Shown here one piece after another: positions 27,170 to 38,141 of a stretch of 64,000 nucleotides of DNA (position 1 is its first letter; every line of letters begins with the position of its first letter). Made by a program: the position numbers and the translations under genes. The notes under the pieces are model-generated. The model had not been told where the DNA came from. It saw nothing but the letters and a program-made list of their open reading frames with translations, and made no database searches. This stretch comes from Candidatus Auribacterota bacterium (GTDB taxonomy: Bacteria > Auribacterota > JAFGBW01 > JAFGJP01), in the NCBI GenBank assembly GCA_023144635.1, contig JAGLFH010000036.1, positions 2,645 to 66,644 on the forward strand, given 5' to 3'.

Positions 27170-28885
27170 TTAGGGTTTTTCGCTTGAGTCCTGTGTCTTA
27201 AGTCTTGTGTCTGTACTTTTCCCGTTTCCTGTTAGCGGAGAAGCAATTGCTTTTAAAACATTAAAGAAAAAACCTGCAGCTTTTTTAGGTATACGCTCTA
27301 CTGACTCTTTACTAAACTTGGGATTTTCAATTGTACCATTTATCCTTAATGTAACTAGATGCTTTATGATCTCGTTTGAAATATCTCTGGTAATATCACC
27401 AACAAGAGGAATAGAAAGAAGTTTTGAACGGCTAAGTTCTGTAGTAAATAAAAAGTCCAACTTTCCGGAATTATCAACACTGCCTTCTCCATAAAAATTT
27501 ACATTTTTGCTCTCAATCTCTATTTCATTAAGATAAAGATCTCCTTTATTATATGACCAGACTGCATTTGCTTTTTTTGCTTCTTCCTTATCAGGAAGCT
27601 CAAAATTCAAAAAATTAAAAACCCCTGCAAAAAGCGGCAATTTAAATAGTTTTCCCTTTCTTATATGAGCTTTGCCCTTCGCATTAAACTCCCAATTATT
27701 TTTTTTAGAAGCTTTCAACACTGTATCAAGAAAGAATAATCCATCCATAGACTCACCCTTGTCTCTATATAAAGAAATTACATCCGGCAGACCAGCATTA
27801 CTAAAATTCAGCTCAATTTTATACAGATCATCAAACACAAAATGAACATTTCCTTTCATATCTCCATTTAGGGTTTTAGCTTGTATCTCATTAACATCCA
27901 GATACTTGTTATCAAAATGACTTTTTGCGTACAGACCCGTAAAAGGAAGCAGGATCTTTTTTATTTGCATAATCCCTTTTAGGTCTTCTGCCAAAATATT
28001 TTTCTTCTCAATATATATGTTTCCTGAAAGGTTTTTTACCCCGAGTGAATCTTCCTTTGCAAAAAAATTAAAATCTTTAAAATTAATATTATATTTTGGA
28101 GAGGTCCAAACACCCTTTGTTAAAAGCACAGGAATATCAAGGCCTAAAGACCCCTTGAATTTATAATGACTGATAAAAGGTAATATCTTTTTGATAAATC
28201 TTTTATTAAAGTCGTTTTTAAGAGAGATCTCAGAAAAAGAATTAACTGCATTAAAATCCTTATTTTTTAGACCAATATCACCTTTTGAGGAACAAATACC
28301 TATATTCTCCTCTTTTCCATTTACAGAAAAAAGTATTTTATCACCCAAAAGATCCAGTCTCGCAAAAATATCATTTAATCTGAAAGTATTGACCTCATTT
28401 TTAAGACTCAGCCTGATCTTGGAAAAAGAATCCTTTATAAAAAGTGTTCGAAATGGAAGTTTTATAGGTTTCCTGTGAGAGGTCTTTTTCCTTACGATAT
28501 TTTTTATAATATTCCATTCATTCTTTGAATTAAGCTCCAAATTCAGACTAAGACCACTTACTCTTATTTCTGGAATGGGACTAGTCAAATCATTGATCCA
28601 ATGATATGGCAATGGAATTTCAATTTTTTTTACACATAAAAGAGATCCCGGTTTAGGATCAAAAGCATCTTCTATCATTACATTTAGAAGATATATCTTA
28701 TCTATACGTATTCTAATATCTTTTATATCAACCTTACCATGAAATATTTTTTGGACTTCAGTAAGGACATACTGGTCAATGATATGCTTGCATTGCAGAA
28801 CAAGAAGTAATGTCAAAACAACGAGCAAGATCACTTCCAGCAAGTAAAATATTATTTTTTTTATACGCTTTTTCATACAGACCAC
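27170..28885 (-). CDS. Membrane-anchored AsmA-family-like protein
   Basis: N-terminal TM helix. Long beta-rich periplasmic region. C-terminal LRINGTIENPKFS resembles the AsmA/TamB C-terminal motif. Confidence 0.4.
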   Translation of the reverse strand: MVCMKKRIKKIIFYLLEVILLVVLTLLLVLQCKHIIDQYVLTEVQKIFHGKVDIKDIRIRIDKIYLLNVMIEDAFDPKPGSLLCVKKIEIPLPYHWINDLTSPIPEIRVSGLSLNLELNSKNEWNIIKNIVRKKTSHRKPIKLPFRTLFIKDSFSKIRLSLKNEVNTFRLNDIFARLDLLGDKILFSVNGKEENIGICSSKGDIGLKNKDFNAVNSFSEISLKNDFNKRFIKKILPFISHYKFKGSLGLDIPVLLTKGVWTSPKYNINFKDFNFFAKEDSLGVKNLSGNIYIEKKNILAEDLKGIMQIKKILLPFTGLYAKSHFDNKYLDVNEIQAKTLNGDMKGNVHFVFDDLYKIELNFSNAGLPDVISLYRDKGESMDGLFFLDTVLKASKKNNWEFNAKGKAHIRKGKLFKLPLFAGVFNFLNFELPDKEEAKKANAVWSYNKGDLYLNEIEIESKNVNFYGEGSVDNSGKLDFLFTTELSRSKLLSIPLVGDITRDISNEIIKHLVTLRINGTIENPKFSKESVERIPKKAAGFFFNVLKAIASPLTGNGKSTDTRLKTQDSSEKP

Positions 28886-29050
28886 TTAAATATAAACATT
28901 TAATATTACAATTTATTCAAGCTACTATTTCGTTTTATAAAAATGTTTGAATCTTATCTTTTTATGCGTATAATAGCCAGCTTATAAATTTGAGACTTTT
29001 TAGCTTTATTATTTATTCATTAATTTAAAATGAAAGGTTAAAAGTAAAAA

Positions 29051-29758
29051 ATGAAACCATTAAATAAAACATTAATTGGGGTAATTATTATTTACCTTGC
29101 ACTAACATCTTTATATTGTGGTAAATACAATAAATTCAGCAAAAACACAAAAGAAGATACACCTATAACTGTTTTAAGCGGTAACAAACTGCTTATAGAT
29201 GATCTTGAAGGAAACATCCTTACTGACAGCGGTTATGGAAACCGGGCAGAACTTAGTGTCAGCTTTATATTAAAAAAAGACTGTTCTGAAGATATACATA
29301 CAGGAAATCAAGCTATAAAACTTACATATGATAAGACATATGGCGGATATATGTATTGCGCAAGAGGTTTTGGGCTAACACCTTCGGTAAAGATACCTCA
29401 GGAAAAACTAATTTGGACAGTTAAGCCTGATGAGATTGATTTTAATAAATATAATGCTTTTGGATTTTATATAAAAGGTGATAATACCGGAAATACTATT
29501 GCTGTAGATCTATTTGACAAAGACAAAGAAGTCTTTCGTTACATGATTACAGATGATTCAAAATCATGGAAAGAAATAGTGATACCTTTTAATAAATTCA
29601 TCAGTAGAAATGATTATCAATCAAACTCCAGTAAAAGCAATAAAAAAATTGACTTTCCAATACTTACATATCAGTTTGAGCCTTTTGGCGGAAAAGGAAA
29701 AGAAATAAAAGGTAATATCATAATTGACACTGTTCATTTTGATATTACAGAGCTATAA
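29051..29758 (+). CDS. Secreted hypothetical protein, possibly a carbohydrate-binding beta-sandwich
   Basis: Signal peptide. No catalytic motif. The C-terminal NIIIDTVHFD resembles CIA30/CBM-like domains only weakly. Confidence 0.35.
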   Translation: MKPLNKTLIGVIIIYLALTSLYCGKYNKFSKNTKEDTPITVLSGNKLLIDDLEGNILTDSGYGNRAELSVSFILKKDCSEDIHTGNQAIKLTYDKTYGGYMYCARGFGLTPSVKIPQEKLIWTVKPDEIDFNKYNAFGFYIKGDNTGNTIAVDLFDKDKEVFRYMITDDSKSWKEIVIPFNKFISRNDYQSNSSKSNKKIDFPILTYQFEPFGGKGKEIKGNIIIDTVHFDITEL

Positions 29759-29819
29759 AATGCATTTTTTTATTCTGATCTCTTGAATCATTTAAAAAAT
29801 AAGTTAAAATAATATAGTT

Positions 29820-30464
29820 ATGAGATTAAAAACCACATTTTTTATTTGTGCTTATCTTATTTTTTTTCTTTTATCAGGCTGCAGCAAGCCTCCCACAATA
29901 ACAAAAACATCAAATAGTGACTTAAAACCAGGAAATCCACCTTATCAAAAAAAATATAACCACACAAACAAGAATTTCGTCAAATCTCTTTCAAAGGGAA
30001 CATGTACAATAAAACCGCTTTATGAATATAAAGTACTTGCCCGTGTAGTAGCTAAAAAGAATTATCATTCCGGATGGCAGGGTGAAGTTGCTCCTTGCGA
30101 CCTTGCTTTAGCATGGGAAAAACTGGCAAAGCCAGAATATCATAACTGTGTTTCATTTTCTCAAAGAAATAGGTGGTATTACTTTCGACTAAAATCAGGA
30201 GCACCATTTGATCTTGATTTTGTATACAAACGTTCAAGCAATAATCATATTATCCCTCACAATGAAAACATCTTAAGAGCACTGAAAAAAATACGTAAAA
30301 ATGACATGGTCTATATTCAAGGATATCTTGTCCGAGCGGACGGAACATGGGGAAACGGTACAAGATGGTGGAACAGCTCTACTTCAAGAGATGACCGCGG
30401 TGATGGTTCCTGTGAAGTTATTTATGCAACTTCTATTCAAATTGGAAAAAACATATATAAATAA
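29820..30464 (+). CDS. Hypothetical lipoprotein
   Basis: Signal peptide with lipobox LLSGC. Confidence 0.5.
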   Translation: MRLKTTFFICAYLIFFLLSGCSKPPTITKTSNSDLKPGNPPYQKKYNHTNKNFVKSLSKGTCTIKPLYEYKVLARVVAKKNYHSGWQGEVAPCDLALAWEKLAKPEYHNCVSFSQRNRWYYFRLKSGAPFDLDFVYKRSSNNHIIPHNENILRALKKIRKNDMVYIQGYLVRADGTWGNGTRWWNSSTSRDDRGDGSCEVIYATSIQIGKNIYK

Positions 30465-30544
30465 TTTTTTTATGAAATATATGTTAAAATATATTTATAT
30501 TATATCCGACTAAAAAGCGATTTTAACAGCTAAAGACTTATCTT

Positions 30545-33500
30545 ATGTCACAGACTCAAAAGAAAAGGAAAAAATCAGCATCAAAACCTGAAAAGCCTCC
30601 TTTTAGCACTGAAACCATTAATGCTGTTTTTGATCAATCTCCTGTAGGCTTTGTTCTATATGATAATACAGGTTTGTTCTTAAAGACCAATTCCAGCTGT
30701 TTAAAGATCTTTGGCTGTAAAAAAGATACTTTTTTAAAAAAATATTCTCTTTTTAAAAACCCGATATTCCCTAAAATATCAAAAAAACATCTCAATAATA
30801 ACACTTCTATTTTTGAGATGATCTTTGACCCATCTACTAAAAATATAGCAAGTACTCTAAAAAACATTATCTATCTGAAAGTACAAATAACTATTTTAAA
30901 GAACCCTTCACTAAAATTAGAAAATTATCTCTTAAATATTGAAAATATAACAGACCAAAAAATAGCTGAAAAAATACATAATGAATCGGAAAGGACCCTT
31001 GATACTATTCTTAGGGCATCGCCTGTTGGAATTGGACTTGTAAATGAAAATAGAAAACTTGGGTGGGCAAATAATCTTTTACTGAAAATGACAGGTTATA
31101 CGCAAAATGAAATTTTAGGGAAAAGCGTATCTATCTTTTATGACAAAAGAAAAGAATTTATCCGTGTAGGCAAAGAACTTTATGCTGATATGCGCAAACA
31201 CGGCATGGGCGAAATAGATACCGTTTGGAAGCAAAAAAACGGCACCCTTTTTAACGTTCATATCCACATACAGCCTATTTTCCCTAAAAAGCCTTCTTAC
31301 GGTATTATTACCGCTGTTATGGATATTACAGAACGATTAAAAGCAGTAGAAAAAGTAAAACAAAGTGAAGAATTTCTTTCAAATATTTTTAGAAGTATTA
31401 CTGACCCTCTTTATGTTATTAATAAACAATATAAAATTGTTCGTTTAAATTCTGCTGCTTCAAAAATCTATGACTATCCTACAGATAAAGGTCCATCACA
31501 TTTATCATGTTACTCTTCACTACATAAAAAAAGATACCTTTGTCAAGATTGTCCTGCAGAAGAAACTTTTCGAACAAAAAAGCCTGCTATTCGTTTTCAA
31601 GAAAATATTCTTTCAGGGGGAAACCGGATTTGGACAGTTACGCAAGCTTATCCTATATTTGATGAAAGCGGAAATTTAAAACAGGTTGTTATATATGTAC
31701 GAAATATAACTAAGCGGAAAAATATTGAAGAACGCCAAAACCTGACACTTGAAATACTCCATCACCTGAATCTTGGCGGTAAGGGAAAAGACGTTCTAAA
31801 AGAAATTGTTTCACTTGTAAAAGCATATTCACATTGTGATAGCGTGGGAATACGCCTTAATGAAACACAGGGTTGTTATTACATTACTAACGGCTTTTCC
31901 AGGCCTTTTCTGGAAAAAGCTAATGATATTAAAACATATGATAAGTTTGGTAATATCCTGGTTGATAAAAAGGGAGATCCACTTCTTCGCTGTATCTGCG
32001 GAGACGTTTTAACAGGTAAATTTGCCACTAATAGAAATTATTTTACAAAAGGCGGAAGTTTCTGGACAAACTCATTATCCAATCATGCAAAAGATACCTT
32101 TTCAAAGAAATCAAAAAACTATGCTGTGCTTTGCAGGCGTGAAAATTTTGAATCACTAGCGCTTATACCTTTAAAAGCAGAAGGAAAGATAGTAGGTCTA
32201 CTTCAAATGTTGTCCAAAAAAAATGGTATCTTTAATAAGAATCTTATTGATTTTTATGAACGTCTTGGAGAAAGTATAGGTGTTGCTTTACAAAGAATAC
32301 ATTCAAGCCAATCCCTAATTGAATCTGAACAATTTCTATCAGCAATTACAGATCAAAGTCCTATAAGCATGTGGATATTAGACCAAAACGGAAAAATTGT
32401 AAAAATGAACCATGCATCACAGGAGCTTTTTGGTATAAAAAATGAAAAAGATATAATGGAAAAATATAATATTTTTCAAGATGAGGTTTTTTTAAAGGGA
32501 GGTCAAAAAACCTCAATAGAAAAAGTTTTTAAAAAAGGAGAAAAAGTCGAATTTAGAATCAATTATGATCTTGAAAAAGTATCTCATATTGCTTTTTCTG
32601 AATCAAACGCTCTTGTACTTGATATAACGATGTCTCCAATTAAGGAATCACGCGGAAGCGTAAGCCATGCTGTTATTATGCATAAAGACATAACTGAAAT
32701 ATCACACCTTGAGACACAGTTTAGACAATCCCAAAAAATGGAAGCAATAGGAAGGCTTGCAGGAGGCATTGCACATGACTTCAATAATATCCTTGAAATA
32801 ATAAGCGGTCATGTTGATCTTACCCGTATTTCTGACAACCAGGAGACTACCGAGGAATCACTGAATATAATACAGCAATCTGTAAAGCGAGCTGCTGATC
32901 TTACAAATAAATTACTCGGTTTTGCAAGAGAGGGTAAATACAGATCAGAACCGTCAAATGTTCGCACTCTTATTGAAGACGTATATATCCTTATAAGCCA
33001 GACATTTGATAAGCGAATTAATATAACTCTCAACATATCACCAAATATTCATCTTATAGAAGGAGATAAAGGACAACTTGAACAATCACTCCTTAATCTT
33101 TGTTTAAATTCAAAGGATGCGATGCCTGATGGAGGAAAAATAATCCTTGAAGCCCAAAACTGGATAATAGATGAAGAATTTGTTAAAAATCATATCGGTG
33201 CAAAAAAAGGACTTTATACTGTCATACGCGTAACAGATACAGGCACAGGAATAACAGAAAAAATAAAACCCCATATTTTTGAGCCTTTCTTTACAACAAA
33301 AGAAAAAAGTTACCATTCAGGAATGGGACTTTCCATGGTATATGGAATCATAAAAAATCACGGTGGATATATCGATGTTTGGTCAGACAGCGGTAAAGGT
33401 ACTACGTTTGAAATATTTTTACCGGCTCTCGAGCAAAAGAAAAGTATTAATCACTTTTCACATAAGAAAAAGACTAAAAAAGGTACAGGTACTATTTTAC

Positions 33501-33853
33501 TTGTAGATGATGAAGACCTTATTAGAGATCTTATTAGAAAGATTTTGGAAGCAAATGGATATAATGTACTTACTGCAGAAGATGGATTTGCTGCTGAAAA
33601 AACACTAAAAGCACATCTAAAGACAATAGACCTCATTGTACTTGACCTTATAATGCCTCATATGTCCGGCAAAGAGGCTTTTGAAAAGCTTCAAGCTATT
33701 TCATGCGACATCCCTATAATTATTGTTTCAGGCTTTAGCCTTAATGATGATTCTCAAGAACTCATTAGCAAAGGGGCTGCTGATTATTTGCAAAAGCCAT
33801 TTGATCTTGTTAAACTGCTTCAATCTATAAGAGTATCACTACTACCTGACTAA
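30545..33853 (+). CDS. Multi-PAS/GAF hybrid sensor histidine kinase with C-terminal receiver
   Basis: Several PAS segments. H-box GIAHDFNNIL. HATPase motifs DTGTGI and GMGLSMV. C-terminal REC ILLVDDEDL...DLIMP. A Cys triad CYSS...CQDC sits inside one PAS domain. Confidence 0.9.
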   Translation: MSQTQKKRKKSASKPEKPPFSTETINAVFDQSPVGFVLYDNTGLFLKTNSSCLKIFGCKKDTFLKKYSLFKNPIFPKISKKHLNNNTSIFEMIFDPSTKNIASTLKNIIYLKVQITILKNPSLKLENYLLNIENITDQKIAEKIHNESERTLDTILRASPVGIGLVNENRKLGWANNLLLKMTGYTQNEILGKSVSIFYDKRKEFIRVGKELYADMRKHGMGEIDTVWKQKNGTLFNVHIHIQPIFPKKPSYGIITAVMDITERLKAVEKVKQSEEFLSNIFRSITDPLYVINKQYKIVRLNSAASKIYDYPTDKGPSHLSCYSSLHKKRYLCQDCPAEETFRTKKPAIRFQENILSGGNRIWTVTQAYPIFDESGNLKQVVIYVRNITKRKNIEERQNLTLEILHHLNLGGKGKDVLKEIVSLVKAYSHCDSVGIRLNETQGCYYITNGFSRPFLEKANDIKTYDKFGNILVDKKGDPLLRCICGDVLTGKFATNRNYFTKGGSFWTNSLSNHAKDTFSKKSKNYAVLCRRENFESLALIPLKAEGKIVGLLQMLSKKNGIFNKNLIDFYERLGESIGVALQRIHSSQSLIESEQFLSAITDQSPISMWILDQNGKIVKMNHASQELFGIKNEKDIMEKYNIFQDEVFLKGGQKTSIEKVFKKGEKVEFRINYDLEKVSHIAFSESNALVLDITMSPIKESRGSVSHAVIMHKDITEISHLETQFRQSQKMEAIGRLAGGIAHDFNNILEIISGHVDLTRISDNQETTEESLNIIQQSVKRAADLTNKLLGFAREGKYRSEPSNVRTLIEDVYILISQTFDKRINITLNISPNIHLIEGDKGQLEQSLLNLCLNSKDAMPDGGKIILEAQNWIIDEEFVKNHIGAKKGLYTVIRVTDTGTGITEKIKPHIFEPFFTTKEKSYHSGMGLSMVYGIIKNHGGYIDVWSDSGKGTTFEIFLPALEQKKSINHFSHKKKTKKGTGTILLVDDEDLIRDLIRKILEANGYNVLTAEDGFAAEKTLKAHLKTIDLIVLDLIMPHMSGKEAFEKLQAISCDIPIIIVSGFSLNDDSQELISKGAADYLQKPFDLVKLLQSIRVSLLPD

Positions 33854-34142
33854 AAAAATAGTGAGTTCTGCGTAATGAGCAGAAATTATTTTAAGATTTT
33901 GTTTCCCTAAAAACCCATTATTGATAATTTTTTTCATTCTTTTACTCTATAATCTTCACACTTAGTATTAATTTCACCCACAACCCATGACTCAAAACCT
34001 ATCACTAATAGATCAACAATAAAAGAAACTGCTACATTTTACTTTCCGTTACTTACTATATTTCTTTTTTTATTAATTCACAGTGTTTGACGAAACATCT
34101 ATTTTTGGTTAATATGTAAGAAAAACAACTCTAAAAGGAATT

Positions 34143-35093
34143 ATGTCGCGTCCATTAAGAATAGAATTTCCTGGTGCATATTACCATATCCTTCATAAAT
34201 CAAACGGTAATGAAAAAATATTCAAAGGTCAAGAAGACTGCAATATTTTTTTTGAATATCTTCATAATACTATAATAAGATATGATATAAGACTTCACTG
34301 TTTTGTTATCCTCCCTAATGCATACCATCTGTTACTAGAGACCATTGATGCTAATTTAAGTCGTGCTATGCACTATCTAAGCACTGGGTTTTCAATGAAA
34401 TATAATGCTGCGCACAGAAGAGAAGGTCATGTATTTAGAGGCCGGTACAAATCTACAATAATACAACCCGGTGATTTTTTATGTTATATGAGTAGAAAGA
34501 TGCATCTTGAACCTCTTGAGAAAAAATTAGTTACAGATCCTACTGAGTATCCTTTTTCAAGCTATAAATATTATGTTGATGATTCTTCAACATTCCTTGG
34601 TTTAACAAAAGATACTGTTTTATCTTATTTTGATAAAGATCTTTCCTCCGCAGCAGTTCTTTATAAAAGGTTTGTAGAAGGTTCTATCGGTAAAAAAGAC
34701 CTTACTTTTGAAAAAAATCTTCACGGAGGAATAATACTCGGCTCAAATGAATTTGTAGAATGGATGAAGAAAAGCTTTATGGAAGGTAAAGATTCTTCAG
34801 AAATACCTGTACTTAATAAATTCAAGCCTCCCGGGCCTGATCCTGTAAGAATAAAAGAGATCGTAGAAAAAGAAATTTCCAACAAAAGATGGGCAAGAAA
34901 AATAGCTATCTATCTTATTAGAAAATATTCACAGCATAAGTTAAAAGACATAGCTAAACTTTTTGGTAAAATTACTGATGCAGGAATAAGTCAATCTTTT
35001 TACCGTACAGAAATAGAAAAAAACGAGAAAAATGAACTTAGCGAAAATATTCAAAAAATTGAAAGACTTCTTAAAACACTGCACATTATATAA
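34143..35093 (+). CDS. IS200-like Y1 HuH transposase-family protein (COG1943 type) with C-terminal DnaA-C-like HTH; the HuH motif is degenerate
   Basis: MSRPLRIEFPGAYYH. NAYHLLLET, where the consensus is NHYHLLLE and the first His is replaced by Ala. Tyr motif GHVFRGRYKS. C-terminal IAIYLIRKYSQHKLKDIAKLFG resembles DnaA domain IV. Confidence 0.8.
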   Translation: MSRPLRIEFPGAYYHILHKSNGNEKIFKGQEDCNIFFEYLHNTIIRYDIRLHCFVILPNAYHLLLETIDANLSRAMHYLSTGFSMKYNAAHRREGHVFRGRYKSTIIQPGDFLCYMSRKMHLEPLEKKLVTDPTEYPFSSYKYYVDDSSTFLGLTKDTVLSYFDKDLSSAAVLYKRFVEGSIGKKDLTFEKNLHGGIILGSNEFVEWMKKSFMEGKDSSEIPVLNKFKPPGPDPVRIKEIVEKEISNKRWARKIAIYLIRKYSQHKLKDIAKLFGKITDAGISQSFYRTEIEKNEKNELSENIQKIERLLKTLHII

Positions 35094-35115
35094 TAGTTCA
35101 AATTAATATAAATAA

Positions 35116-35592
35116 ATGTCTGCAAAAAAAATATTTCAAAATCATAAAAACATAGGCCTTTTTCTTATCCTTCTGGTATCTCTTTTAACGCAAGGATGCT
35201 TTTGGCCGTCTTCTCTTGAACGTAAAGCACGTAAAAAGCCTTACCAAAAGACTATTGCCATGCGTGTAACAGCTTATTGTTCTTGCGGCAAATGCTGTAA
35301 TTGGAAAAGAAAATGGTTTATCTGGCCAGTTGTTGCAAGTGGTGCTAATAAAGGAAATAAAAAAAGTGTCGGCATTAGCGCAGACGGAACAAAAGCAAAA
35401 AAAGGAACTATCGCAGCTGATACCAGATATTATCCTTTTGGAACTATTATGTATATTCCAGGTTATGGATGGGGAGAAGTTCACGATATCGGAAGCAAAA
35501 TAAAAGGCAAACACATTGATGTTTTCTTTGATTCGCATTCAGATGCTCTTGATTGGGGAAATCAACATTTAAGAGTAACTATATACAAATAA
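35116..35592 (+). CDS. Lipoprotein with a 3D (MltA-like) domain
   Basis: Lipobox LTQGC. C-terminal DTRYYPFGT...GKHIDVFFDSHSDALDWG carries the three conserved Asp of the 3D domain. Confidence 0.7.
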   Translation: MSAKKIFQNHKNIGLFLILLVSLLTQGCFWPSSLERKARKKPYQKTIAMRVTAYCSCGKCCNWKRKWFIWPVVASGANKGNKKSVGISADGTKAKKGTIAADTRYYPFGTIMYIPGYGWGEVHDIGSKIKGKHIDVFFDSHSDALDWGNQHLRVTIYK

Positions 35593-35623
35593 TTATGGTT
35601 AAATATAAAAAAAGGAGCTTATT

Positions 35624-36046
35624 ATGAAAAGAAAATCTTTACTCTCATTATTTACTGTATTATTTTTTTTTGTATCCGGATGCGCACCTTTACTTATAGG
35701 CTTAGGTGCACTCGGAGGATATGCCATAAGTCCTGATACTGTAGAAGGAATATATGAAGCAAAACAATCTGAAGCTTTCAGAATCAGCAAAGATATTATG
35801 ATGGAATGGACAACAGATCTTCTTGAAGACGAAGCCGAGACAGAGCTCATAGGAACACTTGATAAAAAACGCATTTGGGTATTTACAGAACAGCTTGACA
35901 ATAAAACAGTACGGATACGCGTTAAAGGAAGAAAATTCGGACTTTCAGATGTAAACAGAATAAATACTTATCCTCTTCCGGACATTAAGACTGCACAAAA
36001 TATTTTTGAAAAAATAGTAACACCTATTCATAAGAGAAAAAGATAA
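35624..36046 (+). CDS. Hypothetical lipoprotein
   Basis: Lipobox FVSGC. SD aaaggag. Confidence 0.5.
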   Translation: MKRKSLLSLFTVLFFFVSGCAPLLIGLGALGGYAISPDTVEGIYEAKQSEAFRISKDIMMEWTTDLLEDEAETELIGTLDKKRIWVFTEQLDNKTVRIRVKGRKFGLSDVNRINTYPLPDIKTAQNIFEKIVTPIHKRKR

Positions 36047-36055
36047 ATAAAATCA

Positions 36056-36197
36056 AGTGCCTAAAGTGTGCTAAAGTTTAAAGTGCCTAAAATTAAAGGT
36101 GCACTGCGTGCGATGAAATAAAAGTAACCACCACCTATAGTTTTCAAAGAAAACTTACATTGGTGGCTTTGCGGAAAAAACACGGAAGGGACACAGG
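36056..36197. repeat. Modular intergenic repeat containing three tandem approximately 11-nt gtgcctaaagt units plus an A-module fragment
   Basis: agtgcctaaagtgtgctaaagtttaaagtgcctaaaattaaaggtgcactg, close to 56337-56390 and 60852-60880. ggaaaaaacacggaagggacacagg matches 50347-50375. Confidence 0.55.
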
Positions 36198-36467
36198 AAA
36201 AAGCAAAAAGAAAGAAGCAGAAAATAAAAGAAGGATAGTCAATAAAAAGTAGAAGATAAAGAATAGAAAGCAGCAATGACGGATGAGGGACGATCTTTAA
36301 CATTTTACTTTTATCTGGTTCCTGCGGTTCCTCCCAGCAAGATGGCGGACAGGCAAATCACGCAGTCAAAAACAATTTTTATTTTAAACTAATTTGTTAC
36401 CGTAATTGTAAAAAACTACTCTCGGGAAGAAATCTACCTTTGGCAAAAATTATTGGCGTTTTTCTAT

Positions 36468-36848
36468 TTATTTCTTCTTTATATTAAAAGCCGTTGCCAT
36501 AACAGCAGCTACGGTCTCCAAGCCTCTTTTGACTTTCACAATGCATACTTTTGTCTGTCTTCCTTCTTTTATGATTTCAGAAGATGCTTCTAGAAGATCT
36601 CCTTCTTTTACAGGACTCAAATAATTTATATTCATCTCCATTGCAACAGCTACCTGTCCATTTTTATTAACACTGTGCGCAAAAGCCCTGTCTGCAAGTG
36701 TAAATATTGCACCCCCATGTGTATATCCATGTGAATTAAGATGATGTTTTTCAATTTTCAGTTTAAAAGTCTTTCCTTCATTATCAGTAGTTATGCCTAA
36801 AAGTCCGGCAAAAGCACTTTTAGTGTTTAAGAACTCATGATCTTTCAT
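36468..36848 (-). CDS. PaaI-family hotdog-fold thioesterase
   Basis: [15 protein letters not shown] motif. Length 126 aa. Confidence 0.8.
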   Translation of the reverse strand: MKDHEFLNTKSAFAGLLGITTDNEGKTFKLKIEKHHLNSHGYTHGGAIFTLADRAFAHSVNKNGQVAVAMEMNINYLSPVKEGDLLEASSEIIKEGRQTKVCIVKVKRGLETVAAVMATAFNIKKK

Positions 36849-37893
36849 TTTTTATGCCTTTCGAAGAAACCTTTTTCTTAAAAATCGAGGATTCCTCTGT
36901 AAACTTTATTACATTTTTCATCATCTCAACCGCCTCTACAGGATATTTACCTTTTGCTGTCTCTCCGGAAAGCATAATATAATCAGATCTGTCTAAAACA
37001 GCATTTGCAATATCAGATACTTCTGCCCTCGTCGGTCTTATATGATTCACCATATTTTCTAGCATCTGTGTTGCCGTTATATCTATCTTCTTTTTTCTGT
37101 TACATTTACGAATTATCATCTTCTGAAAAACAGGAACTTCATAGATAGGCATACTAACCCCCAGATCACCCCTCGCAACCATAATACCATCAGATACATC
37201 TATTATCTCGTCAATGTTATCAAGTCCCTCTTCATTTTCTATTTTTGCAATAAATTTACATTTAGGATGCTTATCTTTAACAGCTTCTTTAAGAGCCAAC
37301 ATATCATCTGCCTTTCTTACAAATGATTGTGCAATAAAATCTACTTTCTGATCTATCCCTAATAAAACATCCTTTTTGTCCTTGTCAGTAAGTCCTTCTA
37401 TGCGAAACCTTATTCCCGGCACATTAATACCTTTATGCTCATTTATATCCCCGCCAACAAGCACTTTTGCTTGTATTCTGTCTTTTAATATCCTGATTAT
37501 CTTTAAACAAATAGTTCCATCATCTATAAAAATATGCTCAAGATCTTTAAATGCTTCCAGAGAACCGTCAAAATCAAAAGGTATGATATTACCCTCTCCC
37601 GGTACAGGTTTAGCTGTCAAAAAAACCGTTTGACCATTTTTTACAGGTATTGGTTTATGTCGTTTAAAAGCACCTATTCGGATTCTGTAACCTTCTAGAT
37701 CCTGGAGTAATTTAATTTCTAAACCATGCTTTTTGTTTATTTTACGCACCATTTCCATTAGCCTAAGATGGTCTGCATGCTTACCATGTGAAAAATTAAA
37801 ACGCGCTACGGACATTCCGGCGTCCGCCATACGTTTTAGCACATCTTCTGTCTGGCTTGTCGGCCCAAGTGTACATATAATTTTTGTTCTCAT
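36835..37893 (-). CDS. Pyruvate kinase-like protein comprising only the catalytic barrel and B domains, with no C-terminal regulatory domain
   Basis: [11 protein letters not shown]...[27 protein letters not shown]. Only 352 aa. Its stop overlaps the PaaI gene start by 14 nt. Confidence 0.75.
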   Translation of the reverse strand: MRTKIICTLGPTSQTEDVLKRMADAGMSVARFNFSHGKHADHLRLMEMVRKINKKHGLEIKLLQDLEGYRIRIGAFKRHKPIPVKNGQTVFLTAKPVPGEGNIIPFDFDGSLEAFKDLEHIFIDDGTICLKIIRILKDRIQAKVLVGGDINEHKGINVPGIRFRIEGLTDKDKKDVLLGIDQKVDFIAQSFVRKADDMLALKEAVKDKHPKCKFIAKIENEEGLDNIDEIIDVSDGIMVARGDLGVSMPIYEVPVFQKMIIRKCNRKKKIDITATQMLENMVNHIRPTRAEVSDIANAVLDRSDYIMLSGETAKGKYPVEAVEMMKNVIKFTEESSIFKKKVSSKGIKNERS

Positions 37894-38141
37894 ATCTCTT
37901 AATTCCTATTTTTAGTTAAAAATAATATGTTAGCATAACATCTTTTCTTTTAAAGCAATATTTTTATCTGCCAAAACATTCTAAAGTCTTATTTGAAAGG
38001 TGAAAAACAGTTTCTAACCTGAATATTTCGCAGCGCAACGAAATTTTAAGCAATTTTCTAAACTAATCTTGGAAAATTATAGTCTAAAGCTAGTTGAGGT
38101 GGCAGATACTTCATAAGCCAAGTACAGTGTAGTCTCAAGGC

